64,000 nucleotides of DNA from Terriglobia bacterium (GTDB taxonomy: Bacteria > Acidobacteriota > Terriglobia > 20CM-2-55-15): contig CAXWPJ010000009.1 of assembly GCA_963664115.2 (NCBI GenBank), forward strand, positions 1,184,001 through 1,248,000, written 5' to 3'. Position 1 is the first letter of the stretch, and every line of letters starts with the position of its first letter. The position numbers were made by a program, and so were the translations under genes. The notes under the pieces were generated by a model, which searched no databases, was not told where the DNA came from, and was given only the letters and a program-made list of their open reading frames with translations. Below, one piece after another: positions 30,499 through 42,705 of this stretch.

Positions 30499-31413
30499 GT
30501 GTCCCCAGCCCTAGAAATCCAAGGATTATCCAAGACCTACCGTCGCTGGTGGGCCCGCAAGGTAGTTCGGGCGTTGGTCGATGTAGATCTAATCGTCGAG
30601 CCTGGATCGATCTTCGGGCTCCTCGGGCCGAATGGCGCCGGCAAGACATCGCTCATCAAGATCGCGTTGACGATCGCCCATCCTGACCGGGGGACGGTCC
30701 GCTTGCTCGGACAAACCACGAAAGACCGTTCCGTGTTTCGACGTATCGGTTACCTGCCCGAAAGCCCAAAGTTTCCTGCCCATCTCACAGCCCGAAACGT
30801 TCTCCGTCTCTATGGGAGCATGAGCGGCCGTGATCCGGACTTTGTACGCCGGGAAGGACAGATTTGGCTCGAACGCGTGGGTTTGGCCGGTTGGGAAAAG
30901 ACGCCGGTGTCAAAGTTTTCCAAGGGCATGGTTGAGCGACTGGCATTCGCCCAGGCAGTCATTCATCAACCGGATTTGATTTTCCTGGACGAACCCACCG
31001 ACGGCCTTGATCCGGTCGGGCGGATGGACATCCGAAAGATATGCAGGGAACTGGCTGACGCCGGGAAAACGATATTCATCAATTCCCACATCCTTGCCGA
31101 GATCGAGACCGTTTGTGACACCGTAGCTTTGATGAAGGCGGGTGAGATCGTCGATGTCGGCACCGTTGAGCAGTTTACAAGCGGCGGGGAGTCCTACGAA
31201 GTTTCAATTCCCGCCGACGAGCCCCTGCTCGACTGGCTGAACGGTATCGGGTTCGTACCTACGCTTGACGATGGACAGATTCGTGTGGTTGTGCAGGATC
31301 GGAATTCGGCGAACCAATTGATCGATACACTGCGGACCCGAGGTGTCGAGATCGATGCGTTGATCCCGCACCGAAGGACACTTGAGCAAGTTTTCCTGGA
31401 GCGCCTCAGTTGA
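30499..31413 (+). CDS. ABC transporter ATP-binding protein
   Basis: GPNGAGKT, FSKGM, FLDEPT, SH switch. Confidence 0.95.
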   Translation: MSPALEIQGLSKTYRRWWARKVVRALVDVDLIVEPGSIFGLLGPNGAGKTSLIKIALTIAHPDRGTVRLLGQTTKDRSVFRRIGYLPESPKFPAHLTARNVLRLYGSMSGRDPDFVRREGQIWLERVGLAGWEKTPVSKFSKGMVERLAFAQAVIHQPDLIFLDEPTDGLDPVGRMDIRKICRELADAGKTIFINSHILAEIETVCDTVALMKAGEIVDVGTVEQFTSGGESYEVSIPADEPLLDWLNGIGFVPTLDDGQIRVVVQDRNSANQLIDTLRTRGVEIDALIPHRRTLEQVFLERLS

Positions 31414-32240
31414 GAGTTCTCAGACCAGGTGTTTTTCTCGACACGTTTGAGGAGTCTTTTCGGAACAAGATGTTCCTGTTCTTCTTCGTGGTGTCCTCTC
31501 TGATCGTCGGGTCGATTGCCTTAGCCCTCAACATGGATATCGTGAGCGGGGCAATACAGGGGGTCACGTTCTTTGGCGAGGAGCTGGAGATTCCGTCGAT
31601 GACGATTGAACAGTTCGTCAACGCCGTTCAATCCGGAATGGCGATGATCATTTCGACCATCGGACTCTTTCTGGCCTTGATGGCGACTGCGACGTTATTT
31701 CCGCTGATGGTTCAGAAGGGGAGTATTGAACTTCTGCTATGCCGGCCCGCTCCCCGATGGCGGCTGGTCGTGGCCCGTTTCTTCGGCGGAGTCGCCATCA
31801 TGACCTTTAACGCCGTGTACCTCATGGTGGGTGTCTGGGTCGTTATGGGCATCAAATCTGGGATCTGGAACACTGGATTTCCCTTATCGACCATCTTGAT
31901 CGTCATCGCTTTTGTGTTCCTGTACGTGATCGTCGCGGCCTTGTCGGTGATGAGCGAGAACGCAGCCGTTGGGCTTTTAGCGGGTTATGCCGTCCTGATG
32001 TTTTCACCGGTCCTGGCGGCACACGAGCGGATCACTCCCGTCCTTTCTACGGAACTCTATCGAGATGTATTTCGCTCTCTATATTGGGTTGTACCTAAGA
32101 TCGCGGAGTTGATCGGAGCCATGCGCAGGCTGATCTCCGGAACGCCGATGGAGTTGACCACCGCGCTATGGACTTCCTCACTCTTCGCCGCGGTTTGCTT
32201 CCTGGTCACGGTGATATACTTTTCGAGAAAAGACTACTAA
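31410..32240 (+). CDS. ABC transporter permease
   Basis: Multi-TM ORF coupled to the ATPase; GSIELLLCRP, FSRKDY. Confidence 0.88.
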   Translation: MRVLRPGVFLDTFEESFRNKMFLFFFVVSSLIVGSIALALNMDIVSGAIQGVTFFGEELEIPSMTIEQFVNAVQSGMAMIISTIGLFLALMATATLFPLMVQKGSIELLLCRPAPRWRLVVARFFGGVAIMTFNAVYLMVGVWVVMGIKSGIWNTGFPLSTILIVIAFVFLYVIVAALSVMSENAAVGLLAGYAVLMFSPVLAAHERITPVLSTELYRDVFRSLYWVVPKIAELIGAMRRLISGTPMELTTALWTSSLFAAVCFLVTVIYFSRKDY

Positions 32241-32283
32241 GTTAAGCGCCTTCTTTTGCTTCGCGACAAAGGGTTTACCAGAA

Positions 32284-33228
32284 ATGAAATGGCTTATTGC
32301 TACCTTTGCACTGGCGGCAACGATTGTGGTTGTCGCCGGTACGCAGTCTCCGGCGACTGAGGCCCTCAGCCCGGACGATGCTTTGCTGAGGGTGTTTCCC
32401 GCAGACAGCGGCGGCGTGATGTTCGTCGACGTCGCAGAGCTTCGAAACAATCCATTGGTGCGCGAGTACTTTTTGGACGGATCTGATTTTGAGTTTCCGG
32501 CTGTCGTGAGAGAGTTTGCCCGCCGGACGGGCCTCGACCCCGAAACCGACGTGGATCAGGTGATGCTTGGGCGGACGGGCGAAAACGAGTTTCTGGGTGT
32601 TGCCAGGGCCGATTACGATCCTCTTGAAATCGAGCAGTATTTTCGAGATTCGAACATCGGCTTCGAATCTTACGCCGGACGTTCGATTTATCGACCTTCT
32701 CCAGGGTCCGACTGGTCAGTGGCGTTCATCGACGACTTCGTCCTGATGGGTGAGGACGGATCCGTTCGAGGTGCGATCGATCGAATGGCGGCGACAACCG
32801 GGACTGCCATCGACGATCCGGATCTGACCGAGGCCATTCGATCCATCGAGGAAGGCAGCCAGGTTTGGGGCGTGGGGATGCTGACGGACATGCTGCTTCC
32901 CGAAGAGCTGGCGCCTCCAATGGCGGTTGATCTGATCGCTTCGCTGGAGCGCGTTACCTACCAGATGCGCTTGGATGCTGGCCTGAGGGTCCGGGCTGTC
33001 GGCGAATTCACGAGTCCGGACACAGCTCGACGCACGGGTGATTTACTGCGGGGACTCGTGGCGCTTGGTAAGATGCAGGTGTTTGAGCGAGAGGAGTTGA
33101 TCGAGCTGCTCGACGGGCTTCAGATAGAAAGCGTCGAATCTTCAATCGAGATCCGCTTTTCCGCCGATGGTGAGTTACTCAGGCGTGTGGCTGAGTCCGG
33201 CTTCCGACTTCCACGGTTGGGCGATTGA
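32284..33228 (+). CDS. Exported hypothetical protein
   Basis: Signal-peptide-like N-terminus, 314 aa. Confidence 0.75.
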   Translation: MKWLIATFALAATIVVVAGTQSPATEALSPDDALLRVFPADSGGVMFVDVAELRNNPLVREYFLDGSDFEFPAVVREFARRTGLDPETDVDQVMLGRTGENEFLGVARADYDPLEIEQYFRDSNIGFESYAGRSIYRPSPGSDWSVAFIDDFVLMGEDGSVRGAIDRMAATTGTAIDDPDLTEAIRSIEEGSQVWGVGMLTDMLLPEELAPPMAVDLIASLERVTYQMRLDAGLRVRAVGEFTSPDTARRTGDLLRGLVALGKMQVFEREELIELLDGLQIESVESSIEIRFSADGELLRRVAESGFRLPRLGD

Positions 33229-33406
33229 GCCGTTTAGGGCTCAGGACCCGGATTCCTCGACTCCGACCCCGAGTTCTGTGTCGGGTGTCTCTGTGAGTCA
33301 GTATATTTCCGATTCATCAAGCCAAAAAAACTTACGTTTCTTCGTGTTGACAAAACTTAGCGTCTTTGCGCCTTTGCGGTGATTTCTTCTCTTCGTGTAT
33401 CGAAAG

Positions 33407-34726
33407 TTACCTCGCCCCGGACATAGACGCCAGAAACTCGCTGTTACTCTTCGTCTTCCCCATCTTTTCCAGGAGCAGTTCCATTGCCTCAACTGTAGAA
33501 AGTGGGTTCAAAACCTTTCTCAAAACCCAGATGCGGGTGAGTTCGTCCTTGGTGACCAAGAGCTCTTCTTTTCTGGTGCCCGACCGGTTGATGTCAATCG
33601 CCGGGAAAACCCGCTTGTCTACGAGCTTGCGGTCCAGGCCGATCTCCATGTTGCCCGTGCCCTTGAATTCTTCGAATATGACGTCATCCATCCGGCTTCC
33701 GGTGTCGATCAGTGCCGTTGCCATGATTGTCAGACTGCCGCCTTCCTCGATGTTGCGTGCCGCACCGAAGAACCGTTTCGGGCGCTGAAGGGCGTTGGAG
33801 TCGACTCCGCCGGAGAGCACCTTGCCTGAGGGCGGGACGATCGTATTGTAGGCTCGCGCCAGGCGCGTGATCGAATCCAGAAGGATGACGACGTCGCGTT
33901 TGTGCTCGACCAGCCTCTTCGCCTTTTCGATGACCATTTCCGCCACCTGGACGTGTCGGGAGGCGGGCTCGTCGAATGTCGAACTGATCACTTCTCCATT
34001 GACCGATCGCTGCATGTCGGTCACTTCTTCGGGCCGCTCATCGATCAACAGGACGATCAGAATGACTTCAGGCTGGTTGGCCGTGATGGAGTTCGCGATC
34101 GTCTGTAACAGCATCGTCTTGCCGGTCCGGGGCGGTGCCACGATCAGTCCACGCTGACCTTTACCGATAGGCGTCAGCAGATCCAGCACACGCGCCGACA
34201 GATTTCCCTGCTCTGTTTCCAGTGTCAGTCTTTCGTCGGGATAGAGCGGTGTCAGGTTGTCGAAGAAGATCTTGTTGCGGGCTTTATCTGGATGTTCGAA
34301 GTTGACGGCTTCAACCTTGATCAAGGCAAAGTAGCGTTCGCCCTCTTTGGGTGGGCGAACCTGACCGGATACTGTATCCCCCGTTCTCAGATCGAACTTC
34401 CGAATCTGCGACGGAGATACGTAAATGTCGTCCGGTCCCGGTAAATAGTTGTAATCGGGAGCCCGGAGAAATCCGAATCCATCCGGTAAGGTTTCCAGAA
34501 CGCCCTCACTGAAAATGAAACCGCTCTTTTCAGTCTGGGCCTGGAGAATTTTGAAAATGAGTTCCTGCTTACGCATGCCCGACGCGCCCTGAATGTTGAG
34601 GTCTTTCGTGACCTGGGTCAGAGCGGAGATGTTCATCTCCTTGAGTTGGGCGATGTCCATCGCGGTGGAACCGTCTGCACGTTCTGTCACTAACTTTTTC
34701 GTTGTGGGTGGGTTTTTCTCGCTCAT
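33407..34726 (-). CDS. rho: Transcription termination factor Rho
   Basis: [42 protein letters not shown]; start uncertain. Confidence 0.98.
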   Translation of the reverse strand: MSEKNPPTTKKLVTERADGSTAMDIAQLKEMNISALTQVTKDLNIQGASGMRKQELIFKILQAQTEKSGFIFSEGVLETLPDGFGFLRAPDYNYLPGPDDIYVSPSQIRKFDLRTGDTVSGQVRPPKEGERYFALIKVEAVNFEHPDKARNKIFFDNLTPLYPDERLTLETEQGNLSARVLDLLTPIGKGQRGLIVAPPRTGKTMLLQTIANSITANQPEVILIVLLIDERPEEVTDMQRSVNGEVISSTFDEPASRHVQVAEMVIEKAKRLVEHKRDVVILLDSITRLARAYNTIVPPSGKVLSGGVDSNALQRPKRFFGAARNIEEGGSLTIMATALIDTGSRMDDVIFEEFKGTGNMEIGLDRKLVDKRVFPAIDINRSGTRKEELLVTKDELTRIWVLRKVLNPLSTVEAMELLLEKMGKTKSNSEFLASMSGAR

Positions 34727-34786
34727 GTGGGGTTCTTGATGTTGCGGTGTGTGGTTGCGGATTCGGTCCGAATGCGCCCTCTCCAC

Positions 34787-35362
34787 CTATGAAACGACGG
34801 TCCCGATCTTGTTCAATGTTTCTTTCTTTCCAAGACGCGTGACTGTCGAGAATGGAATCAGCCCTTCGGTTCCGAGCGTTGTCTCCGCTCTTTTGACCGA
34901 CTGGATCAACTGACTCCGTGAAAGTTTGTCTGATTTCGTCAAAATGACTGCGTTTTCGATTTGGTAGTGGTCCAACCACTCCTTCATTAGGATGTCGTCC
35001 TGCGTTGGCGGGATGCGGCAATCTACGAGCAGCAACGCCAACTTCAGCTGTGGCCGGTCTTGTAAATAACCTTCAACCATGTTCCTCCACGTCGCCTGGA
35101 TCTGCTTGGGAACTTTGGCGTATCCGTATCCGGGTAGATCGACGAAGTACAGGTTGTCATTGATTGAATAGAAGTTGATGGTTTGTGTGCGTCCCGGCGA
35201 CCGGCTGATTCGGGCTAGTTTGCCCAGATTTGCCAGCGCGTTCAGCAAGCTTGATTTTCCGACGTTCGAGCGGCCTATAAAAGCGATCTCCTGTAGTTGA
35301 TCACGAGGAAAGTCAGCCGGTTTCTGGGTACTCTTGATAAATCGGGCGGAACTGACTTTCAC
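34787..35362 (-). CDS. engB: GTP-binding protein EngB/YihA
   Basis: GRSNVGKSS, PGRTQ, DLPGYG, TKSDK. Confidence 0.95.
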   Translation of the reverse strand: MKVSSARFIKSTQKPADFPRDQLQEIAFIGRSNVGKSSLLNALANLGKLARISRSPGRTQTINFYSINDNLYFVDLPGYGYAKVPKQIQATWRNMVEGYLQDRPQLKLALLLVDCRIPPTQDDILMKEWLDHYQIENAVILTKSDKLSRSQLIQSVKRAETTLGTEGLIPFSTVTRLGKKETLNKIGTVVS

Positions 35363-35576
35363 GGGAGGTCGAGCACGGAAGGCTCATTTCCAGACCTGAC
35401 TATTCTACCAACTATTGGATGAAAATATCCAGTTTAAGAGGACGGAAACTTCAAGGGTGTTTTTTTACAAGTGATTGCTGAAGCCCATTCTTCGCTTGGG
35501 CCATACGTTCCATTCGCTCTCAATCAGTACGCGACGTCAATATGCAACAACACTGTGCAACATCAATGTTGCAACA

Positions 35577-37988
35577 TCAATGTGCAATCGAGGTGGGGCC
35601 TTCGCCAGGACTTCCGGTCAGCGCTGCCGGATTAAAGGCCTCTGCCTCATCCAGGGGTGTCGGTTGGGAGGTGAGCGCAACTTTCAGCACTTCGTCCATG
35701 TTTTCTACCGCGTGTATCGTGAACTCCCCCAATATGTTAGCAGGGATGTCCGCCAGATCCTTTTCGGTGTCCTTCGGTAGTATGATCGTGCGGATACCCA
35801 CGCGATGCGCCGCCAGCATCTTCTCCTTGATCCCGCCGATCGGCAAAACCTTGCCCCGCAGCGTGATCTCTCCCGTCATCGCCACGTCACATGAAACCGG
35901 AATCCGTGTCAAAGCGCTAACGATCGACGTTGCCATCGTGATCCCGGCCGAGGGCCCGTCTTTCGGGATCGCACCCTCCGGCACATGAATGTGGAGGTCG
36001 AGTTTTTGGTAGAAATCTTTGGGAATCCCAAAGGCGTGCGCACGGGACCGAACATAACTCATTGCGGCCTGAGCCGATTCCTGCATCACATCACCGAGCT
36101 TGCCGGTTAGCGTCAACTTCCCGGTCCCTTCCATCGCGGTGGTTTCCGTCACAAGGATTTCACCGCCCACTTCGGTCCACGCCAGGCCGGTCACGAGACC
36201 TATCTCGTTTTTGGCTTCATGCTGGTTTGAACGGTACTTTGCGACTCCGAGATATTCGCTCAGGTTCTCTGAAGTGACCTGGGCACTATACTTCTTGCCC
36301 TCCCGCACCACTGCCCGCGATACCTTACGGCAGACCGAAGAAATTTCCCGTTCCAGGTTCCGAACGCCTGCTTCCCTCGTATACCGGCTAATGATGTCAC
36401 GAATGGTCTCGTCATCGAACTGGAGCTGTTTTTTGCCCAGGCCGGTTGATTCCAACTGCTTGGGTATCAGGAAGCGCTTAGAGATTTCCCGCTTTTCTTC
36501 CTCGGTGTATCCGGGGATACGCAGAATCTCCATCCTGTCCTGCAGGGGCCGCGGGATCGTGTGAAGGACATTCGCCGTCGCTATGAACATGACCTGTGAC
36601 AGATCATAGTCGACATCGAGATAGTGATCGTTGAAGCTTGAGTTCTGTTCGGGATCGAGGACCTCCAGTAGTGCCGCTCCGGGGTCTCCTCTGAAATCCA
36701 TGTTCATCTTGTCGACTTCATCCAGAAGGAAGACCGGATTCATGGTGCCCGCTTTCTTGATCATCTGAATAATCTGACCCGGGAGGGCGCCGATATATGT
36801 CCGGCGGTGCCCTCGAATCTCGGCTTCATCCCTTACTCCACCCAGTGCGAACCTGACGAATTTGCGACCCGTCGCCCGCGCGATCGACATTCCGAGAGAA
36901 GTCTTGCCAACTCCCGGAGGTCCGGCGAAACAAAGAATCGAGCCTTTGGGCTTTTTGACGAGCTGGCGTACCGCAAGGAACTCCAGAATGCGCTCCTTGA
37001 CCTTGTCGAGCCCATAGTGATCTTCGTTCAGGATCCGCTCAGCCGCTTCAATATCTCGAATTTCCCGGCTGCGTTTCTTCCACGGGACCGCGACCAACCA
37101 GTCCACATAGTTTCGGGAGACCGTTGATTCTGCTGACATCGCCGGCATCATTTCGAGCCGGCGCAGTTCCTGGATGGCCTTCTCGTACGCGTCCTTCGGC
37201 ATTCCGGCGTCTTCGATCTTTGCCCGGAGCTCGTCCAAATCCGATTTCTCGTCCTTTTTGCCCAGCTCACGTTGAATCGCCTTGATCTTTTCGTTGAGGT
37301 AGTACTCCTTCTGGGCACGCTCCATCTGGCGCTTGACCCTGCCCTGAATCGATCGATCTACCTGAAGCTTCTCGGTCTCTATGTCGAGCAGGTCCGCGAG
37401 GCGCTTACATCGCTCGACGGGGTTGAATATCTCGATGAGTTCCTGCTTTTCTTCTACCGACAGCGTAAGGTGCGCACATATCGTGTCGCCCAGACGACTG
37501 ATGTCGTCCATCCGGATCGCAGCCAGAACCTGTTCGTAATTGACATTCCGGCTCAGCTTTACGTATTGCTCGAAAAGCTGACTGACACGGGCAATGAGGT
37601 TGTCGTATCCGGAGAAGGTTTGGTTTCTGAAAGGTGACAGTCGCAAGTCGGCAGTGAGATGCCCGGATTCTTCTGACATTTTCAGTATCCGAGCACGCTC
37701 AATGCCTTCGACAAGAACCTTCGTGTTTCCGTCCGGCAGTTTTAGAGCCTGGACAAGGTTGGAAACCGTTCCGACCTGATAAATCTCGTTGGGTTTGGGA
37801 TTGTCGACTGCGTCGTCGTACTGAGTGGACAGGAAAATTCTTTTGTCCCCATCCATCGCGGCTTCCAGCGCCCTCACCGAGGACTTCCGTCCGATGACGA
37901 AGGGCACCAACATGTAGGGAAAGATTACGACGTCCCGAATCGGGACCATGGGTAGGGTGACCTGCTCGTATTTTTCCTTCTTAGTCAT
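35577..37988 (-). CDS. lon: Lon protease
   Basis: [28 protein letters not shown]. Confidence 0.98.
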   Translation of the reverse strand: MTKKEKYEQVTLPMVPIRDVVIFPYMLVPFVIGRKSSVRALEAAMDGDKRIFLSTQYDDAVDNPKPNEIYQVGTVSNLVQALKLPDGNTKVLVEGIERARILKMSEESGHLTADLRLSPFRNQTFSGYDNLIARVSQLFEQYVKLSRNVNYEQVLAAIRMDDISRLGDTICAHLTLSVEEKQELIEIFNPVERCKRLADLLDIETEKLQVDRSIQGRVKRQMERAQKEYYLNEKIKAIQRELGKKDEKSDLDELRAKIEDAGMPKDAYEKAIQELRRLEMMPAMSAESTVSRNYVDWLVAVPWKKRSREIRDIEAAERILNEDHYGLDKVKERILEFLAVRQLVKKPKGSILCFAGPPGVGKTSLGMSIARATGRKFVRFALGGVRDEAEIRGHRRTYIGALPGQIIQMIKKAGTMNPVFLLDEVDKMNMDFRGDPGAALLEVLDPEQNSSFNDHYLDVDYDLSQVMFIATANVLHTIPRPLQDRMEILRIPGYTEEEKREISKRFLIPKQLESTGLGKKQLQFDDETIRDIISRYTREAGVRNLEREISSVCRKVSRAVVREGKKYSAQVTSENLSEYLGVAKYRSNQHEAKNEIGLVTGLAWTEVGGEILVTETTAMEGTGKLTLTGKLGDVMQESAQAAMSYVRSRAHAFGIPKDFYQKLDLHIHVPEGAIPKDGPSAGITMATSIVSALTRIPVSCDVAMTGEITLRGKVLPIGGIKEKMLAAHRVGIRTIILPKDTEKDLADIPANILGEFTIHAVENMDEVLKVALTSQPTPLDEAEAFNPAALTGSPGEGPTSIAH

Positions 37989-38071
37989 TTTCTAGAGTCG
38001 CTTCCGGTGTATTAACCCTTGGTTAAGTGTGGCGTTGCGACCGGAAATCGATAGTCCCTCGGATAGCCCGC

Positions 38072-39304
38072 TTACCCGGCCTTTTCAAATGGTAACCGTA
38101 CTTCCTTCTTTTCGACCATTCGCTTCGTAATCGTTAGTTCTTCGTGGTTTTTCTGCCCTGGAATCGTGTACATAACGTCCAGCATGAGCTCTTCCATGAT
38201 GATACGGAGGCCTCGGGCGCCGACATTTCGTTTTACGGACTGGGCCGCAATCGCCTCGATCGCCTTGTCAGCGAACTTCAAGCTGACGTTTTCGTAGTCG
38301 AACAGGCGCTGATACTGCTTGACCAGTGCGTTCTTGGGACGGGTGAGGATTTCCACCAATGCCGCCTCATCCAGATCGTGAAGGGTTCCTACCACAGGAA
38401 CACGCCCTACGAACTCCGGGATCATGCCGTATTTGATCAGATCTTCAGGCTCGACGACGTCGATGAGCTGGGATCGACCGTCATCGGTCTTGCTCCGGAG
38501 CTCACCCTTGAAGCCCATCGTACTGCGTTTGGCTAAACGTTTTTCGATGACTTCCTCCAGGCCTACAAACGCACCTCCGCAAATGAACAGAATGTTCGTC
38601 GTGTCAACCTGCGTGAACTCCTGGTGAGGATGCTTGCGCCCTCCTTGAGGGGGGACGTTTGCCACGGTCCCCTCCAACATCTTCAGCAGGGCCTGCTGGA
38701 CTCCTTCACCGGAGACGTCGCGCGTGATCGAAGGGTTTTCGTCCTTGCGGCCGATCTTGTCGATCTCGTCGATGTAAATAATTCCCGTCTGAGCCCGTTC
38801 CACATCTCCCCCGGCACTTTGAACGAGCTGTAAGATGATGTTTTCGACGTCCTCACCGACATAACCGGCCTCGGTCAGAGTGGTTGCGTCGACTATCGCA
38901 AAGGGGACACTCAGCAGTCTCGCCAGCGTCTGGGCAAGGAGCGTCTTGCCTGTACCGGTGCGACCGATCAGCAGAATGTTGGATTTCTGAAGTTCGACTT
39001 CGGACTTCTTCCGCGACAGCTCGATCCGTTTGTAGTGGTTGTAGACGGCGACGGCCAGCTTCTTCTTCGTTTGGTTCTGAGCGATGACGTATTGGTCCAG
39101 AAATTCTTTGATTTCAGGTGGTTTAGGGAGATGGACGTTACCCGATGCCGGTTCAAGACCCTGATCTTCGTCAATGATGTCCTGACAGACAGTAACGCAT
39201 TCGTCACAAATAAAGACCGTTGGACCTGCGATCAGTTTTCGAACGTCATTCTGGCTCTTGTTGCAGAACGAACATCGAAGCGCTTCGTTACTGTTCTTTT
39301 TCAA
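38072..39304 (-). CDS. clpX: ATP-dependent Clp protease ATP-binding subunit ClpX
   Basis: CSFC..CDEC zinc finger, [24 protein letters not shown]; TTG start after GGAGG. Confidence 0.97.
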   Translation of the reverse strand: MKKNSNEALRCSFCNKSQNDVRKLIAGPTVFICDECVTVCQDIIDEDQGLEPASGNVHLPKPPEIKEFLDQYVIAQNQTKKKLAVAVYNHYKRIELSRKKSEVELQKSNILLIGRTGTGKTLLAQTLARLLSVPFAIVDATTLTEAGYVGEDVENIILQLVQSAGGDVERAQTGIIYIDEIDKIGRKDENPSITRDVSGEGVQQALLKMLEGTVANVPPQGGRKHPHQEFTQVDTTNILFICGGAFVGLEEVIEKRLAKRSTMGFKGELRSKTDDGRSQLIDVVEPEDLIKYGMIPEFVGRVPVVGTLHDLDEAALVEILTRPKNALVKQYQRLFDYENVSLKFADKAIEAIAAQSVKRNVGARGLRIIMEELMLDVMYTIPGQKNHEELTITKRMVEKKEVRLPFEKAG

Positions 39305-39385
39305 ACCGCTGTTCCTCCACCTGTTCGTCAGGCTCGAGGGCCTAACCGTGTCCATATAAAGCGCTTTGTTGACTTCGTTTGGTGT

Positions 39386-39973
39386 CTACTGGCGCGTGGA
39401 GATGACCTCGTCGATAATGCCGTATTCCTTTGATTGTTCTGAGTCCATGATGTAATCCCGCTCGACGTCCTTTTCAATGCGTTCCAATGGCTGATTCGTG
39501 TGTTTTGAGAGGATGCCGTTCAGGATGCTACGCATCCTCAGAATTTCCTTCGCCTGGATGTCGATCTCGGTGGCCTGGCCCTGTAAGCCGCCCATCCACG
39601 GCTGGTGGATCATGATCCGGGCACTCGGCAAAGCAAATCGTTTTTTGGGAGCTCCTGCAGCCAGTAGGACTGCCCCCATGCTGGCCGCCTGCCCCATGCA
39701 TATCGTCGTTACATCGGGCCGAATGAACTGAATCGTGTCGTAAACAGCCAGGCCGCCAGTGATCGATCCGCCGGGAGAATTGATATAGAGGGATATGTCC
39801 CGCTCCGGATCTTCAGCCTCTAAATAAAGAAGCTGGGCAGTGACGACGTTGGCGACGTTGTCGTCAATCGGAGTTCCAATAAAGATGATGCTGTCTCTGA
39901 GCAGCCGCGAGTAAATATCGTAGGCGCGCTCACCACGATTGCTCTGCTCGACGACCATTGGAATAAGTGCCAT
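39386..39973 (-). CDS. clpP: Clp protease proteolytic subunit
   Basis: [27 protein letters not shown]. Confidence 0.98.
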   Translation of the reverse strand: MALIPMVVEQSNRGERAYDIYSRLLRDSIIFIGTPIDDNVANVVTAQLLYLEAEDPERDISLYINSPGGSITGGLAVYDTIQFIRPDVTTICMGQAASMGAVLLAAGAPKKRFALPSARIMIHQPWMGGLQGQATEIDIQAKEILRMRSILNGILSKHTNQPLERIEKDVERDYIMDSEQSKEYGIIDEVISTRQ

Positions 39974-40071
39974 CTGTTCCTCAGGAGTGTTCTTCATTGA
40001 CTGATTCCTACTCTATTCTCTTGCACACACTAGCCCTTAGTGACGTTATCGGAAAATTGCGTGGATTCCTT

Positions 40072-40147
40072 GAATTGGGGTCAGAGCCCTATTTCCCTAT
40101 TTTCTTGTTACCTCAATTGTCGGGTAATTGGGCTCTCACCCCAATTC
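40072..40147. repeat. 22-bp inverted-repeat pair (REP/REPIN-like) between tig and clpP
   Basis: GAATTGGGGTCAGAGCCCTATT (40072-93) and AATTGGGCTCTCACCCCAATTC (40126-47), 20/22 complementary. Confidence 0.75.
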
Positions 40148-40387
40148 GATACCCGGGACACCACAAAAATTGTGTCACAAACTGGTGAGAAATACAGCAT
40201 GTTGGGGAATTCTGTGTCAGGGGCGTTTCAGGCGTTGGTGCAGTCTATTGCTCCACGCAGTATAAAATTCGGGTGATTTTGTGCGCTGGCAGAGGGCAGA
40301 GACAGAAGAAGATCGCGGTCTGTATCGATAAATCCCGCTGCCCGAAGTAAGAAAGTTGAGGCGTCTAAACCCATAATCCTGCGTTTC

Positions 40388-41713
40388 CTATTCCGTTACT
40401 TCGGCTTTTGATTCTCCTCCCAGGCTTCCCGCGGGCACGAACTTTGCCCGGTCCTGAAGAATCTTAAGAGTCTTGGTATTGCTGATCTGTCCTTTGATCT
40501 TTTCGATGCCGTTGTTTCCGTTCAATGCCTCGCGGACACTATGCGTGGACTGCTGCATTTGAGTGGCCATCGCCTCGATTTCCTTGTCGATTTCCTCTTC
40601 CGATACTTCGACGTCCTCCTTGTCGGCGAGATGATCCAGTATGAGTGATCCCCGAACGTCGCGTACGGCCTGGTCGTATTGCTCGTTGCGAACCTTTCCC
40701 CAGTCCAGATCCAACTGCTGCGGGTTGATCCCCTGCCGCGACAAATCTCTCATCAGGCGCTGCAGTCGAACCTGCACCTGGTGTTCCACGAGCGATTCCG
40801 GGACTTCGAATTCGTTGTTTTCTTCCAGCCAGTGAAGCAAGGCGTCCCGCATCTGCTCGTCGGCGCGGGTCTGTTTGTGTTCTTCGAGATTATTCCGGAC
40901 TTCCACCCGGAGGTCTGCCAGCGTCGGGTAGTCTCCAAGTCCCTGGGCAAACTCGTCGTCGAGCGCAGGGCGCTTTTTCTCCTTGATCGATTCGAGGTGT
41001 ACCGTGTACTCGGCCAACTTGCCGGCCAGCTTCGGTTCGGGATGATCGTCGCGGTATTTCACGTCGAAGGTCTTGTCTTCACCTGCCCGGGCGCCTGTCA
41101 GATTTTCGGTGAACTCCTTGATCGTCGTTTCGCCTCCAATCTCGCACAGAGCTTTTTCGGCCGATAGAGCATCGTCGTTCTCCTCCCCTTCCAGAGTGCC
41201 TTTAAAGGAGATTTCGACAAAGTCACCCTCCCCGGCCGCACGATCGTCTTCGACCGGCGTCATTTCAGCGCGTTCCTCGACCATCCGGTCCAGCGTGTCA
41301 TCCACCTCTTCTTCGGTGACCTCGGTGGGGACTTCTTCAATCGGAATATTCGCGTGGTTCGTAACGTCGAGCGTGGGATAGATCTCAAAGACCGCTTTGA
41401 ATCGGAGTGGGGCGCCCTTCTCGTAGTCGACTTCCTCAAACTCAGGCGAATCGACGATATTTAGATCTTTCTCTTTGACCGCATCGGAAAAATAGTGGGG
41501 CAGAAGGTGCTGGTACATCTCCGAAATAATATCGTCCCGATAGCGGGTCTTGATCACACCCAGCGGAGCCTTTCCTGGACGGAACCCGGGTACGCGGGCC
41601 TGCTTTGCAAACTTGCGCGCGACAGCCGTAATTTCATCGCTGACAACGTCTTCGGGAATTTCGATTTCGAAACGCTTCTTTACGGTACTGATGTCGGTCA
41701 GTTCTGCCTTCAT
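40388..41713 (-). CDS. tig: Trigger factor
   Basis: VPGFRPGKAP ribosome-binding loop, FKBP-like domain, tig-clpP-clpX-lon order. Confidence 0.96.
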   Translation of the reverse strand: MKAELTDISTVKKRFEIEIPEDVVSDEITAVARKFAKQARVPGFRPGKAPLGVIKTRYRDDIISEMYQHLLPHYFSDAVKEKDLNIVDSPEFEEVDYEKGAPLRFKAVFEIYPTLDVTNHANIPIEEVPTEVTEEEVDDTLDRMVEERAEMTPVEDDRAAGEGDFVEISFKGTLEGEENDDALSAEKALCEIGGETTIKEFTENLTGARAGEDKTFDVKYRDDHPEPKLAGKLAEYTVHLESIKEKKRPALDDEFAQGLGDYPTLADLRVEVRNNLEEHKQTRADEQMRDALLHWLEENNEFEVPESLVEHQVQVRLQRLMRDLSRQGINPQQLDLDWGKVRNEQYDQAVRDVRGSLILDHLADKEDVEVSEEEIDKEIEAMATQMQQSTHSVREALNGNNGIEKIKGQISNTKTLKILQDRAKFVPAGSLGGESKAEVTE

Positions 41714-41750
41714 GAAATGAGTTTTCCGCTACAGGTTGTAAGGGGCCGAG

Positions 41751-41832
41751 TGCGAAAGGAGGGACTCGAACCCTCAAGGGTTACCCCACTGGATCCTAAA
41801 TCCAGCGCGTCTGCCAGTTCCGCCACTTTCGC
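41751..41832 (-). tRNA. tRNA-Leu(TAG), CCA not encoded
   Basis: GCGAAAGTGGCGGAACTGGCAGACGCGCTGGA-TTTAGGA-TCCAGTGGGGTAACCCTTGAGGGTTCGAGTCCCTCCTTTCGCA forms a cloverleaf with long variable arm. Confidence 0.96.
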
Positions 41833-41842
41833 GCACGTTTAA

Positions 41843-41876
41843 AATCAATTATTTGGAGAATCCTGCCACTTTCCAA
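41843..41876 (-). promoter_or_regulatory. IHF consensus site overlapping a candidate island-supplied promoter for the restored tRNA
   Basis: + strand AATCAATTATTTG fits WATCAANNNNTTR (41843-55); - strand TTGGAA-17-AATAAT (41876-41848). Confidence 0.45.
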
Positions 41877-42608
41877 TTAGGCGTCGATGGGGAGATTCGT
41901 GGGGACTCGACTCCTAATTTTGGCAGCTTCGCCACGAACTCTCGTTTGTAATCCATCGACAAGTGAGTATATCGCATCGTCATCTTCGGGTCCTTATGTC
42001 CCATGAGCTCCATTTGCGCTTTACTCGTCACTCCGCTCATCGCCAGCCATGATCCGTAGCAATGCCGGAGGTCATGGAAACGGAAGTCTTTCAGCCCGGC
42101 ACGTTCTACTGCGTTACAGAACGCCGTTCTCCAGTCCTTCCAGGGTTTCCCGTACCGATTGATGAATACCAAATCCTCTGGAGCCCGTTCACGCTCGGCC
42201 TTCAGTTGATTCAACGCCTCGAAGAGATCTTCCGTCATAGGGACTGTCCGCGTCTCACCGTTCTTGGCGTAGCAGCTCTCGACGGTGATCGACCGGTTCC
42301 GTATATTGACGTTGGACCAGCGCAAGGATGTGATTTCTGACTTCCTGAAGCCCGTATGCATCGCCATCAAAACGACGACGCGGAAATCAGGGTTGCAGTT
42401 AGCCAGCAGCGTCTGGACCTCTTCCTGGGTCAAATAGCGCGTCCTACCGTTATCTTCGCGGTACAGCTTCACTTCGCTGACCGGATTCTTCTTGGCGAAG
42501 CCCCACTTGGCGCACACGTTGAAGAGGTTTTTGAGCAGAGCCAACTCTCTGTTGACCGTGGCATCCGCAGCCTTCGCCTTCTTAGCGCTCCCGTTTGTAC
42601 TTCTCGAT
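41849..42608 (-). pseudogene. Tyrosine integrase, N-terminally truncated and frameshifted
   Basis: Catalytic motifs present (TGFRKSE, KNG, HDLRH, MGH, RY); upstream IEKYKRER is out of frame with KKAKAADATVNRELA and abuts the TylF module. Confidence 0.88.
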
Positions 42609-42705
42609 CAGGAGGATTGGAGAGAGACATGGCGTGGATTCCGACCTGCGATTTCTCAAACTCCAGCACTATCACAGCTATATCCTGCGGTGACCGGCTT
42701 CACGC

